Below are positions 18,835-27,912 of a DNA stretch of 64,000 bases, in pieces; position 1 is the first letter of the stretch; the number at the start of each line of letters is the position of its first letter. This DNA is from Clostridium thermarum. GTDB taxonomy: Bacteria > Bacillota > Clostridia > Clostridiales > Clostridiaceae. The stretch is taken from assembly GCF_006351925.1 (NCBI RefSeq), contig NZ_CP040924.1:2235860-2299859 (forward strand), given 5' to 3'. The notes beneath the pieces were generated by a model. The model worked only from the letters and a program-made list of their open reading frames with translations. It was not told the DNA's origin and ran no database searches. A program made the position numbers and the translations under genes.

Positions 18835-20124
18835 ATGGAAAAAATATTTATATCTGAATTAAAAAAATTTGTCGGTCAGCAGGTTAAGCTCTGCGGATGG
18901 GTTCACAAAATAAACAGGTTAGGAAAGGTTACCTTTGTAACTCTCAGAGACAGCAGTGGCTTAGTTCAATTAGTAATAGAAGGTGATGCTATTGATGACC
19001 TTAAACTTGAAATAAGTACAATAGTTGAGGGTATAGTTTTTGAAAACCCAAAAGCCCCAACAGGCCTTGAGCTGCACGAGCCACACTTTACCCTATTAGG
19101 AAAAACCTATTATGAGATGTTGCCTATCGAAGTCAATGGCTATAAGAATAAATCTTCTCTGGAAGTACAACTGGACAACAGAAGCCTTAGTTTAAGGTCG
19201 CCAAAGACCCGTGCGGTATTTAAAGTACAAGAAGAGATAGCTTCATGTTTCAGAACATTCCTAAAATCCAGAATGTTCAGTGAAATCCATACCCCAAAGA
19301 TAATCTCCTCCAGTACCGAAGGTGGCTCTGAAATGTTTACTGTTCATTACTTTGATAAAAGGGCCTTCCTGGCTCAAAGTCCTCAGTTCTACAAGCAAAT
19401 GATGGTAGGTGCGGGCTTTGAGAGGGTGTTCGAAATCGGTCATGCTTACAGGGCTGAACTTCACAACACGTGGAGACACCTGAATGAATACGTGAGCCTG
19501 GATGTGGAGATGGGTTTCATAGATGATGAGTTTGAGCTCATACAACTGGAAGAAGATTTTATAAACTATCTGTTTGCTGCTTTAAATGAAAAATGCTCAA
19601 AAGAGTTGGAATTATTTCAGGTTACCTTGCCTTCTAAGGTATCTATACCCAGAATCCCACTAAAGGAAGCACAAGAAATTCTCCTAGAAGTGTACGATAA
19701 ATCCTCTCCTGTTGGAAATATCGATGCAGAAGGTGAGATATTACTTTCAAAGTATGTAAAAGAAAAATATGACAGTGACTTTGTTTTTCTTACTAAATAC
19801 CCTATTTCAAAGAGGCCGATGTACACAATGCCTGACCCTGATTATCCTGGCATGACCAAGAGCTTTGATTTAATTTATAAAGGCCTTGAAATCACTACAG
19901 GTGGGCAAAGAATTCACGATTATGAAGAGCTTAAAGCAAATATAATAAAGTTTGGACTTAAGCCTGAAGACTTCAGCTTTTATCTTGACAGCTTTAAATA
20001 TGGTATGCCCCCTCATGGTGGTTTTGCCATAGGTCTGGAGAGAATAACCATGAAGCTTTTAGGGCTACAGAATATCCGTGAGGCCACCCTGCTGCCTAGA
20101 GACATGAAAAGGCTTGAACCTTAG
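18835..20124 (+). CDS. aspS: aspartate--tRNA ligase, archaeal/short type (likely non-discriminating AspRS2)
   Basis: 429 aa, N-terminal OB anticodon-binding domain, class II motifs (FRAE, GLERI); co-operonic with gatCAB. Confidence 0.85.
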   Translation: MEKIFISELKKFVGQQVKLCGWVHKINRLGKVTFVTLRDSSGLVQLVIEGDAIDDLKLEISTIVEGIVFENPKAPTGLELHEPHFTLLGKTYYEMLPIEVNGYKNKSSLEVQLDNRSLSLRSPKTRAVFKVQEEIASCFRTFLKSRMFSEIHTPKIISSSTEGGSEMFTVHYFDKRAFLAQSPQFYKQMMVGAGFERVFEIGHAYRAELHNTWRHLNEYVSLDVEMGFIDDEFELIQLEEDFINYLFAALNEKCSKELELFQVTLPSKVSIPRIPLKEAQEILLEVYDKSSPVGNIDAEGEILLSKYVKEKYDSDFVFLTKYPISKRPMYTMPDPDYPGMTKSFDLIYKGLEITTGGQRIHDYEELKANIIKFGLKPEDFSFYLDSFKYGMPPHGGFAIGLERITMKLLGLQNIREATLLPRDMKRLEP

Positions 20125-20193
20125 GTCTGGTGATATACTATGAGGGGATGCGGTTTTAATATAAAAATCTCATTAGATAGAGGAGGAGAAAAT

Positions 20194-20481
20194 ATGAATA
20201 TATCTACAGAAGAAGTTAATCGTATAGCAAAATTGGCAAAGCTAAAATTCAGCGAGGCTGAGACTATAAAGCTTACATCAGAGTTTGAAAAGATCTTAGA
20301 GCATTTTCATTCCATGGATAAATTAGCTCTAGATGATATAGATTTACATGCTTTAGAAAAGGGAGCCCAAACTTCCCTGCGAAAGGATGAAGTTGAAGTT
20401 TTTGAGGATAAGGAAAGTCTTTTTGTTAATGCAAAGACTGTCAGAGACCGGTATATTGAAGTTCCAAAGATTATTGAGTAA
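20194..20481 (+). CDS. gatC: Asp-tRNA(Asn)/Glu-tRNA(Gln) amidotransferase subunit C
   Basis: 95 aa from MNISTEEV with AGAGGAGGAG RBS; the ORF-track upstream extension lacks an RBS. Confidence 0.8.
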   Translation: MNISTEEVNRIAKLAKLKFSEAETIKLTSEFEKILEHFHSMDKLALDDIDLHALEKGAQTSLRKDEVEVFEDKESLFVNAKTVRDRYIEVPKIIE

Positions 20482-20495
20482 AGGAGATGTCATTT

Positions 20496-21935
20496 ATGGA
20501 CTATGAAAGCTTAAGTGCATTAGATATAGTTGAAGGAATAAAAAGTGGAAAATTTACCCCAAAGGAGATTATAAAAGAATGTTTCAAAAGAATAAACGAG
20601 ACTGAGGGCACTGTAAATGCCTTTATCACTCTTTGTGAAGAAGAAGCCTTGGAAAGAGCGAAATACCTGGAAGAAAAAATCCGCCGCGGTGAAAAGCTGG
20701 GAAGGCTTGCCGGAGTACCAATCGCTATTAAAGATAATATATGTACAAAAGGGATAAAAACCACCTGTGCTTCTAAAATGCTAGAAGATTTTGTTCCGCC
20801 CTACCATGCCACAGTCATAGAAAAGCTGTTACAGGAGGACGCCATAATAGTTGGAAAAACCAATATGGATGAATTCGCTATGGGGTCCTCAACAGAAAAC
20901 TCTGCCTTTAAGATCACAAAGAACCCAGCAGCCTTGGACAGAGTTCCCGGTGGTTCCTCCGGCGGTTCTGCTGCTGCAGTGGCAGCAAAGATGGTGCCAA
21001 TAGCCCTAGGTTCCGATACAGGAGGTTCCATAAGACAACCAGCAGCCTTTTGTGGTGTAGTGGGCTTTAAACCCACCTATGGCTCAGTGTCAAGATATGG
21101 CCTAATAGCCTTTGGTTCCTCTTTAGATCAGATTGGATCCTTTTCTAGAACTGTAGAGGACAGTGCTCTCCTATTGGAAGTTATAGAAGGAAAAGATAAA
21201 ATGGACGGTACCTCCGTTGACTTATCAAGAACTAGCAGTTATGAGGAAGATATGAAAAAAGGCCTAAGCGGACTGAAGGTTGCCCTGCCAAAGCAATTCT
21301 TTGCAGAGGGTTTAGATTGTGAAATAGCAGCCTCAATTAGGGCTTGTAAAAAAATACTGGAAGACTCCGGTGCTGTGGTGAATGAAGTTGATATGCCTAT
21401 ATCATCAGAAGGCCTATCTTCCTATTACATCATATCCTCAGCTGAGGCCAGCTCCAATTTATCCAGATATGATGGAATAAGATATGGTTACAGGACTACT
21501 GAATTCCATGATATTGATGAATTGATAGAAAAAAGCCGCAGCGAGGGCTTTGGTGAAGAAGTAAAGAGAAGGATAATGCTTGGTACTTTCACCCTATCCT
21601 CCGGCTATTATGATGCCTACTATAACAAGGCTCAAAAGCTTAGAAGAAAGCTTAAAGAAGAATTTAACTCAGTGCTTGAAAAATATGACTTGATACTGGG
21701 ACCTGTATCACCTGCTCTCCCCTTTAAATTAGGTGAGAAAGTAAGCGATCCTATGTCTATGTATCTTACAGATATTTATACCGTTAACGTCAATCTCACA
21801 GGACTGCCGGCAATATCCATGCCCTGCGGTTTAAGCAGCGAAGGTCTTCCTATAGGCCTGCAGCTTATAGGTCCGTCTTTTGAAGAAGGCAAGTTGTTTA
21901 GAGCTGCTGCTGCCCTGGAAGAAAAACTAGCATAA
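20496..21935 (+). CDS. gatA: amidotransferase subunit A (amidase family)
   Basis: Amidase signature GGSSGGSAAAVAA, Ser-cisSer-Lys triad context; start MDYESL 9 nt after AAGGAG (the ATG at 20487 abuts the SD). Confidence 0.9.
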   Translation: MDYESLSALDIVEGIKSGKFTPKEIIKECFKRINETEGTVNAFITLCEEEALERAKYLEEKIRRGEKLGRLAGVPIAIKDNICTKGIKTTCASKMLEDFVPPYHATVIEKLLQEDAIIVGKTNMDEFAMGSSTENSAFKITKNPAALDRVPGGSSGGSAAAVAAKMVPIALGSDTGGSIRQPAAFCGVVGFKPTYGSVSRYGLIAFGSSLDQIGSFSRTVEDSALLLEVIEGKDKMDGTSVDLSRTSSYEEDMKKGLSGLKVALPKQFFAEGLDCEIAASIRACKKILEDSGAVVNEVDMPISSEGLSSYYIISSAEASSNLSRYDGIRYGYRTTEFHDIDELIEKSRSEGFGEEVKRRIMLGTFTLSSGYYDAYYNKAQKLRRKLKEEFNSVLEKYDLILGPVSPALPFKLGEKVSDPMSMYLTDIYTVNVNLTGLPAISMPCGLSSEGLPIGLQLIGPSFEEGKLFRAAAALEEKLA

Positions 21936-21986
21936 TTTATACGAAAGGAGGGAGGTTTGCTCCTATCTCAAAGCAAACCAAAGTAT

Positions 21987-23435
21987 ATGAGTTTTGAAAC
22001 TATAATTGGCCTGGAAATCCATGCTGAATTAAATACAAAATCAAAAATTTTCTGTAGTTGCTCCACAAAGTTTGGTGCAAAGCCTAACGCAAATACCTGT
22101 CCGGTATGTTTGGGACTTCCCGGAACCCTGCCGGTATTGAACGAAGAGGTTGTTAATTTAGCGGTAAAAGCAGGTATAGCTTTGAACTGCAAAATAAACT
22201 TAGTAAACAAATTTGACAGAAAAAATTACTTTTATCCTGATCTGCCAAAGGCTTACCAGATATCACAGTTTGATCTCCCCATCTGTACTGAAGGCTTTAT
22301 TGAGTTCGAATGTGAGGGAAAACCGGTAAAGGTAAGAATAAACAGGATACATTTAGAGGAGGATGCTGGAAAACTTATTCATTTAGAGCAGGAGCCTGTG
22401 TCTCTCATAGACTATAACCGTGTGGGAGTACCACTGATTGAAATTGTAACAGAGCCGGACCTTAGGTCTGCAGCTGAAGCGGTAGCCTTCCTGAAAAATC
22501 TGAAGGCCATCTTGGAATATGGTGAAATTTCCGATTGTAAAATGGAGCAGGGTTCTTTAAGATGTGATGCAAATATCTCCTTACGCCCTGTTGGCTCTAA
22601 CAAATTAAATACAAAGGTTGAGCTTAAAAATATAAACTCCTTTAAGGAACTTCAAAAGGCCATAGAAAAAGAAGAAAAGAGACAGAGAGAACTTTATATG
22701 TTTGGTGAAGGTTTTAAAATTAAACAGGAAACCAGAAGATGGGACAGTGGTAAAGGCCGAACAGTGCCTATGCGTTCCAAGGAAGAAGCTCATGACTATA
22801 GATACTTCCCGGAACCGGATCTGACCCCTGTTATTTTGACAGAAGCTGCCGTTGCAGAGCTTAAGAGCACCATGACAGAACTTCCGGCCGAAAAGAAAAT
22901 CCGTTTCCAAGAAAGCTACGGCTTAACCAAAAAAGAAATTGATATATTAATAGAAGATAAGGCCCTTGGGGATTACTATGAAAAGGTAGTGGCACTGGGC
23001 ACTAATGCCAAGACTGCGGCTAACTGGATTCTTACAGATATGCTGAAGCTCCTAAAGGAAAGATCTATGGAGAGTATCTCCATACCAGTAAAACCTGACT
23101 ACCTATCCCAGCTTATAGCCTTAATTGACGCCGGAAAAATAAGCAATACCGCCGCCAAGGAAGTATTAGAAGAAATGTTTGGCTCAGACAAGACACCGGA
23201 GGAGATCGTTCAATACAAGGGACTGTCCCAAATAAGCTCCAATGAAGAGTTATTAGAACTTATACAGAAGATTTTAGCTGAACATCCTCAGTCCATTGAA
23301 GATTACCACAACGGTAAACCTCAAGCAGCCGGCTTCCTTATGGGCCAGGTTATGAAGGCTTCTAAAGGAAAGGCAAATCCAAAGCTTGCTAAGGAATTAC
23401 TGGAGGAGGAACTGAAAAAAATGCCTGTAGCTTAG
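21987..23435 (+). CDS. gatB: amidotransferase subunit B
   Basis: MSFETIIGLEIHAELNT... canonical GatB N-terminus, C-terminal YqeY-like tail; the start is ambiguous (TTG at 21957 lies 1 nt from the SD; ATG at 21987 fits the protein family). Confidence 0.85.
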   Translation: MSFETIIGLEIHAELNTKSKIFCSCSTKFGAKPNANTCPVCLGLPGTLPVLNEEVVNLAVKAGIALNCKINLVNKFDRKNYFYPDLPKAYQISQFDLPICTEGFIEFECEGKPVKVRINRIHLEEDAGKLIHLEQEPVSLIDYNRVGVPLIEIVTEPDLRSAAEAVAFLKNLKAILEYGEISDCKMEQGSLRCDANISLRPVGSNKLNTKVELKNINSFKELQKAIEKEEKRQRELYMFGEGFKIKQETRRWDSGKGRTVPMRSKEEAHDYRYFPEPDLTPVILTEAAVAELKSTMTELPAEKKIRFQESYGLTKKEIDILIEDKALGDYYEKVVALGTNAKTAANWILTDMLKLLKERSMESISIPVKPDYLSQLIALIDAGKISNTAAKEVLEEMFGSDKTPEEIVQYKGLSQISSNEELLELIQKILAEHPQSIEDYHNGKPQAAGFLMGQVMKASKGKANPKLAKELLEEELKKMPVA

Positions 23436-23452
23436 TGCACAGGCATTTTTAA
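23421..23452 (+). terminator. intrinsic terminator of the aspS2-gatCAB operon
   Basis: AATGCCTGT-AGCTTAGTGC-ACAGGCATT plus TTTT; the gatB stop codon lies in the loop. Confidence 0.6.
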
Positions 23453-23701
23453 ATTGTCAATTATTTATTTTTCTTATATTATTTAAATAATAATTATAAT
23501 CTGTAACTTTATCTTCCCGAGGAGGATCACTTTCGGAAAGAGCATAGAGGCAGCTTTTCATTAATAAGGTACCTAAGGCCTCATCACCTCTAATCATTAT
23601 ACCATAGTTGAATAGGATAAAGCAGCCGCTTATTTGGAATACTATATCATAGCATTATGCTAAAAAATATATGTTGTACAAATTTTTATATATAAATAAT
23701 T

Positions 23702-23730
23702 GATTGTCCTTCCATTTTATGCTATAATTT
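23702..23730 (+). promoter_or_regulatory. sigma-A-type promoter
   Basis: TTGATT -17 nt- TATAAT. Confidence 0.45.
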
Positions 23731-23736
23731 TTCACG

Positions 23737-23897
23737 AAGGGGAGTAGCTAAAGGCACCAGTCTAGAACTATTCGTCAATACGGCGCAAGCCCGGATAGTT
23801 CACTCTTTATTATGGGATATAATTATGTTCCCGTAGAGATAGCAAGACCTTTGTTTCACATACAGCATAATTGTGGAACAAGGGTCTTTTTTGGCAC
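23737..23897 (+). ncRNA. probable yybP-ykoY (Mn2+-sensing) riboswitch with terminator expression platform
   Basis: Leader contains AAGGGGAGUAGC and CGUCAAUACGGCG, matching the two most conserved yybP-ykoY segments as I recall them (L. lactis GGGGAGUAGC...GUCAACAUAC), then the terminator AGACCTTTGTT...AACAAGGGTCT plus TTTTTT before a P-type ATPase. Confidence 0.55.
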
Positions 23898-23977
23898 TTT
23901 TTTCTATGCCCTTATTTTTATGCAAAAGTTACCATTATCCAATTTTAATTATACTTATAAGAAAGAGGTGTTTATTA

Positions 23978-26650
23978 ATGTGGTTTGAAAAATCTGTCGA
24001 TGACGTTATAAAAGAAACTAAAACCGACATCGTCAACGGTTTATCCACGGAAGAAGTGGAAAAACGAAAAGTACAGTATGGCCTGAATCAGCTTCAGGGT
24101 AAAAAGAGAAAGACATTACTTCAATTGCTTTTTGCTCAAATCAACGATGTCTTGATCTACATACTCTTGGCTGCTGCTGTAATCTCAGTAATCTTAGATG
24201 AGCCAAGTGATGCAATAGTAATAGGCATTGTTGTAATCATTAATTCCGTTGTGGGAGTAATCCAAGAATCCAAGGCGGAAAAATCTCTTGAAGCTCTAAA
24301 AAAGCTGTCTACCCCAAAAGCCATTGTTAAAAGAAACGGAGAGATGGTAGAAATTCCGTCAGAGGAAATTGTCCCCGGCGATATAATCATTATTGATGCC
24401 GGAAGATTCATTCCCTGTGATATAAGGTTGATAGAAACTGCTAACTTAAAGATTGAAGAGTCTGCCCTTACGGGAGAATCTGTACCGGTAGATAAAGATG
24501 CTAATGTTACTTTAAATGCTGCAGATACTCCCCTTGGCGATCAAAAGAACATGGCCTTCATGTCAACTTTGGCTACCTACGGCCGTGGAATTGGAATTGC
24601 TGTAGACACAGGTATGAGTACAGAAATCGGAAAAATTGCAAAAATGTTGGACCAGCAGGAATCCGAATTAACTCCTCTACAAAAAAAATTAGCGGAGCTT
24701 GGTAAAATCCTTGGATTTGGCGCAATTATAATATGTATTATCATGTTTGTAGTTGGTCTGTTGCAAGGAAAAGAACCTATGGAGATGCTGTTAATCTCTA
24801 TAAGCCTTGCTGTAGCAGCTATTCCGGAAGGTATGCCGGCTATAGTAACAATAGTTTTGGCCATAGGCGTCCAAAGAATGATCAAAGAAAATGCCATAGT
24901 TAGAAAGCTTCCTGCCGTTGAAACATTGGGATCTGTCAATATAGTATGTTCAGATAAAACCGGTACCTTGACTCAAAATAAGATGACAGTTACCAAGTTT
25001 TATGTGGATGGGGTTTTAAGTCCTGTAACTGCACTTGATTTAAATAATGCCTCCCATAAACTGCTTTTAGAAAATATGATGCTTTGTAATGACGCAACCT
25101 ATACAGAAAGTTCAAAAACCGGTGATCCTACAGAAATCGCCCTGCTGGAAATGGGTGCAAAATTCAATGTATTCCAAGATGAAATGCAGAAGCAGCATTC
25201 AAGAGTTGATGAAATTCCTTTTGAATCAGACAGAAAGCTTATGACCACCGTAAATAAGTATGGTGAAGAGTACTATGTAATGACAAAGGGTGCTATAGAT
25301 AATCTATTAAAAATTTGTACTGGAGCCTTTATAAATGGTAAGGTTGTACCATTAACAGATGATATCATTGCCAATATAATGAGCAGCTCCAATTCTATGT
25401 CTGATGATGCACTGAGAGTACTTGGGGGTGCTTATAAAATACTTCCAAATACTCATGTAGAAATTGATACTCTTGAAAAGGACCTTATCTTTATCGGACT
25501 TGTAGGTATGATTGACCCTCCAAGAGAAGAAGTTAAGGATTCTATAGCTCTTTGTAAGTCCTCCGGAATAAAGACCATAATGATTACCGGTGACCACAAA
25601 AATACTGCCTTAGCAATTGCTAAGGAGTTAGGTATTGCAGAAGATGAATCACAGGCTATCTTTGGTTCTGAACTCGATAAAATGACTGATAAAGAGCTAA
25701 GTGCAAAGATAGATAATCTAAGAGTATTCGCAAGAGTATCTCCTGAGCACAAGGTTAAAATAGTAAAAGCCTTTAAAGCCAAGGGTAATATTGTATCCAT
25801 GACCGGTGACGGTGTTAATGATGCACCTTCCTTAAAGATGGCAGATATCGGTGTTGCCATGGGTATAACCGGTACTGACGTAGCTAAGGGTGCTTCCGAT
25901 ATGGTACTTACTGACGATAATTTTTCTACTATAGTATCCGCTATCAAAGAAGGAAGAAATATCTTCAATAATATAAAGAAGTCTATCCTATTTCTTTTAT
26001 CCTGTAATGCCGGCGAGATTTTCGCCTTGTTCTTTGCTATATTGCTTGGCTGGGCAGCTCCATTAAAATCAATCCATATATTATGGGTTAACCTTATTAC
26101 GGATACACTGCCTGCCCTATCACTAGGTGTAGATCCCGGCGATAAAGATGTAATGAAGGAAAAACCAAGAGATCCAAAGCAGAGTCTCTTTGCTAATGGC
26201 CAAGGACTATCTGTTATACTTAATGGTCTCTTAATAGGCATACTGACACTTGCTGCCTTTATCATCGGAGCAAAGGTATACACGGGCCATGCATCCTTAT
26301 TCCCATTGTTCCCACCAGAGGATGTAATGACTGAAGATGCATTAAGACACGCTAGAACTATGGCCTTTGTTGTACTAAGTGTATCTCAGCTGTTCCATTC
26401 CTTAAATATGAGACATCCTGAAAAGTCCATATTCCAGGTAGGCATTTTCACCAACAAATATCTGATTGCCTCTGTGCTTTTGGGTATATTCCTACAGGAC
26501 GTAGTTATCACTGTGCCTATATTGAGAGAAGTATTCGATGTATTTAACCTGCTGCCTAAGGATTGGTTACTGGTAGGCGCCTTATCAATTATGCCTCTGG
26601 TTATAAACGAGATCATAAAACTGATTAGGAGAATAACCAAAAAAGCTTAA
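23978..26650 (+). CDS. P-type cation-transporting ATPase (type IIA-like; Ca2+/Mn2+ exporter candidate)
   Basis: 890 aa from MWFEKS (AAGAGGTG RBS); TGES, phosphorylation motif CSDKTGTLT, TGD, GDGVNDAPSL, 10 TM segments; the ORF-track N-terminal extension is spurious. Confidence 0.85.
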   Translation: MWFEKSVDDVIKETKTDIVNGLSTEEVEKRKVQYGLNQLQGKKRKTLLQLLFAQINDVLIYILLAAAVISVILDEPSDAIVIGIVVIINSVVGVIQESKAEKSLEALKKLSTPKAIVKRNGEMVEIPSEEIVPGDIIIIDAGRFIPCDIRLIETANLKIEESALTGESVPVDKDANVTLNAADTPLGDQKNMAFMSTLATYGRGIGIAVDTGMSTEIGKIAKMLDQQESELTPLQKKLAELGKILGFGAIIICIIMFVVGLLQGKEPMEMLLISISLAVAAIPEGMPAIVTIVLAIGVQRMIKENAIVRKLPAVETLGSVNIVCSDKTGTLTQNKMTVTKFYVDGVLSPVTALDLNNASHKLLLENMMLCNDATYTESSKTGDPTEIALLEMGAKFNVFQDEMQKQHSRVDEIPFESDRKLMTTVNKYGEEYYVMTKGAIDNLLKICTGAFINGKVVPLTDDIIANIMSSSNSMSDDALRVLGGAYKILPNTHVEIDTLEKDLIFIGLVGMIDPPREEVKDSIALCKSSGIKTIMITGDHKNTALAIAKELGIAEDESQAIFGSELDKMTDKELSAKIDNLRVFARVSPEHKVKIVKAFKAKGNIVSMTGDGVNDAPSLKMADIGVAMGITGTDVAKGASDMVLTDDNFSTIVSAIKEGRNIFNNIKKSILFLLSCNAGEIFALFFAILLGWAAPLKSIHILWVNLITDTLPALSLGVDPGDKDVMKEKPRDPKQSLFANGQGLSVILNGLLIGILTLAAFIIGAKVYTGHASLFPLFPPEDVMTEDALRHARTMAFVVLSVSQLFHSLNMRHPEKSIFQVGIFTNKYLIASVLLGIFLQDVVITVPILREVFDVFNLLPKDWLLVGALSIMPLVINEIIKLIRRITKKA

Positions 26651-26666
26651 TATTCTATAAACCATA

Positions 26667-26705
26667 AAACAAGCATTTCAAAAGAATGCTTGTTTTATTT
26701 TTTTG
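26667..26705 (+). terminator. intrinsic terminator after the P-type ATPase
   Basis: AAAACAAGCATTT-CAAAA-GAATGCTTGTTTT plus T-run. Confidence 0.6.
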
Positions 26706-26769
26706 TAACTTAAGTCCACTATACTCATATGTTAATACTGTATAAGTAATATATATGGAGGTAACAAGC

Positions 26770-27045
26770 TTGAAAGAATACAAGGCCACAGTCCTTAACT
26801 TTGGTGCTGCATGGTGTAATGATTGGTATTTACAGATAGAGGTTCTACAAGCCATTGAAAGAGAACTCAGAACTCCGGTAAAGTTTTTGAATGTTGATGT
26901 AGATAACTGTCCCCTTTTAGCCAGAAAATATGATATTAAGGAACTGCCCACCATAGTCATACTCCATAATGAAAAGATTAAAAAAATCATCACATCAACT
27001 CAGAAAAAAGAAAAAATCTTTGATGAAATCAAAAAAGTTCTCTGA
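26770..27045 (+). CDS. thioredoxin-fold protein with a single-Cys WCNDW motif
   Basis: TTG start 8 nt after GGAGG; NFGAAWCNDW replaces the WCGPC dithiol motif (one Cys only). Confidence 0.5.
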   Translation: MKEYKATVLNFGAAWCNDWYLQIEVLQAIERELRTPVKFLNVDVDNCPLLARKYDIKELPTIVILHNEKIKKIITSTQKKEKIFDEIKKVL

Positions 27046-27067
27046 ATAAATATCCTCCCTTTATTGA

Positions 27068-27098
27068 CTTATATTTTTATTGCTGTAGAATATTTATA
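27068..27098 (+). promoter_or_regulatory. sigma-A-type promoter for the DUF554 gene
   Basis: TTGACT -17 nt- TAGAAT. Confidence 0.4.
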
Positions 27099-27124
27099 AA
27101 ATTATTAATTGGGGGGCGACATCA

Positions 27125-27823
27125 ATGCTTGGAACCATAGTAAACTTTTTTGCAGTAATAGCCGGATCTTGCATTGGATTATTGTTGAAGGGGGGCATTT
27201 CTGAAAGGTTTAATCACACAATTATGCAGGGTATATCTTTATGTGTTTTATTAATCGGCATATCCGGCGCATTAAATTTTGATAATATGTTAGTTGTTAT
27301 AATATGCATCTGTATCGGGGCCCTTATAGGTGAAGCAATAGATATGGATAAGCGGCTTGTAAATTTTGGAGACAGACTTGAAAGACGGTTTAAAAATAGG
27401 AAAAGTAAAATTTCTGAGGGTTTTGTAACCGCCAGCTTGTTGTACTGTGTTGGTGCCATGGCCATCGTCGGTGCCATACAAAGCGGACTACAAGGCAATC
27501 ATGAGACTCTTTTTTCAAAATCCATTCTCGATGGTATATCGTCTATTTTCTTTTCATCCACTTTAGGAATAGGGGTAGCCCTATCTTCGGTATCTGTACT
27601 ATTTTACCAAGGAGCAATCACCTTATGCGCCGGCTTTTTGGATCCAATCCTGACCGATGCTATTAAAATGAATGTGGAGGCTGTGGGAAGCCTGATAATT
27701 ATCGGCTTAGGACTAAATATGTTGGGAGTAACGAAGATTAAGGTAGCAAACCTGCTTCCTGCAATTTTTCTACCAATTTTTGCACCGTACATAATTAATC
27801 TGTTTAAGCTGTTCATACACTAA
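27125..27823 (+). CDS. DUF554-family membrane protein (YqgA-like)
   Basis: N-terminus MLGTIVN...AGS.IG, about 230 aa polytopic, Gly-rich helices characteristic of DUF554. Confidence 0.65.
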   Translation: MLGTIVNFFAVIAGSCIGLLLKGGISERFNHTIMQGISLCVLLIGISGALNFDNMLVVIICICIGALIGEAIDMDKRLVNFGDRLERRFKNRKSKISEGFVTASLLYCVGAMAIVGAIQSGLQGNHETLFSKSILDGISSIFFSSTLGIGVALSSVSVLFYQGAITLCAGFLDPILTDAIKMNVEAVGSLIIIGLGLNMLGVTKIKVANLLPAIFLPIFAPYIINLFKLFIH

Positions 27824-27912
27824 AAAATCGGGGCCTCTGTCCCGGTTTTTTTGATATTTCATAGAAATTTACATATTATATAGTTATATATATTTCAATG
27901 AGGTGATTACTT

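Noticed and set aside
24157-26640. Minus-strand ORFs (up to 276 aa) inside the P-type ATPase gene
   Set aside because: They are antisense to a high-confidence CDS. The Ala/Ser-rich translations are typical of shadow frames in this composition.
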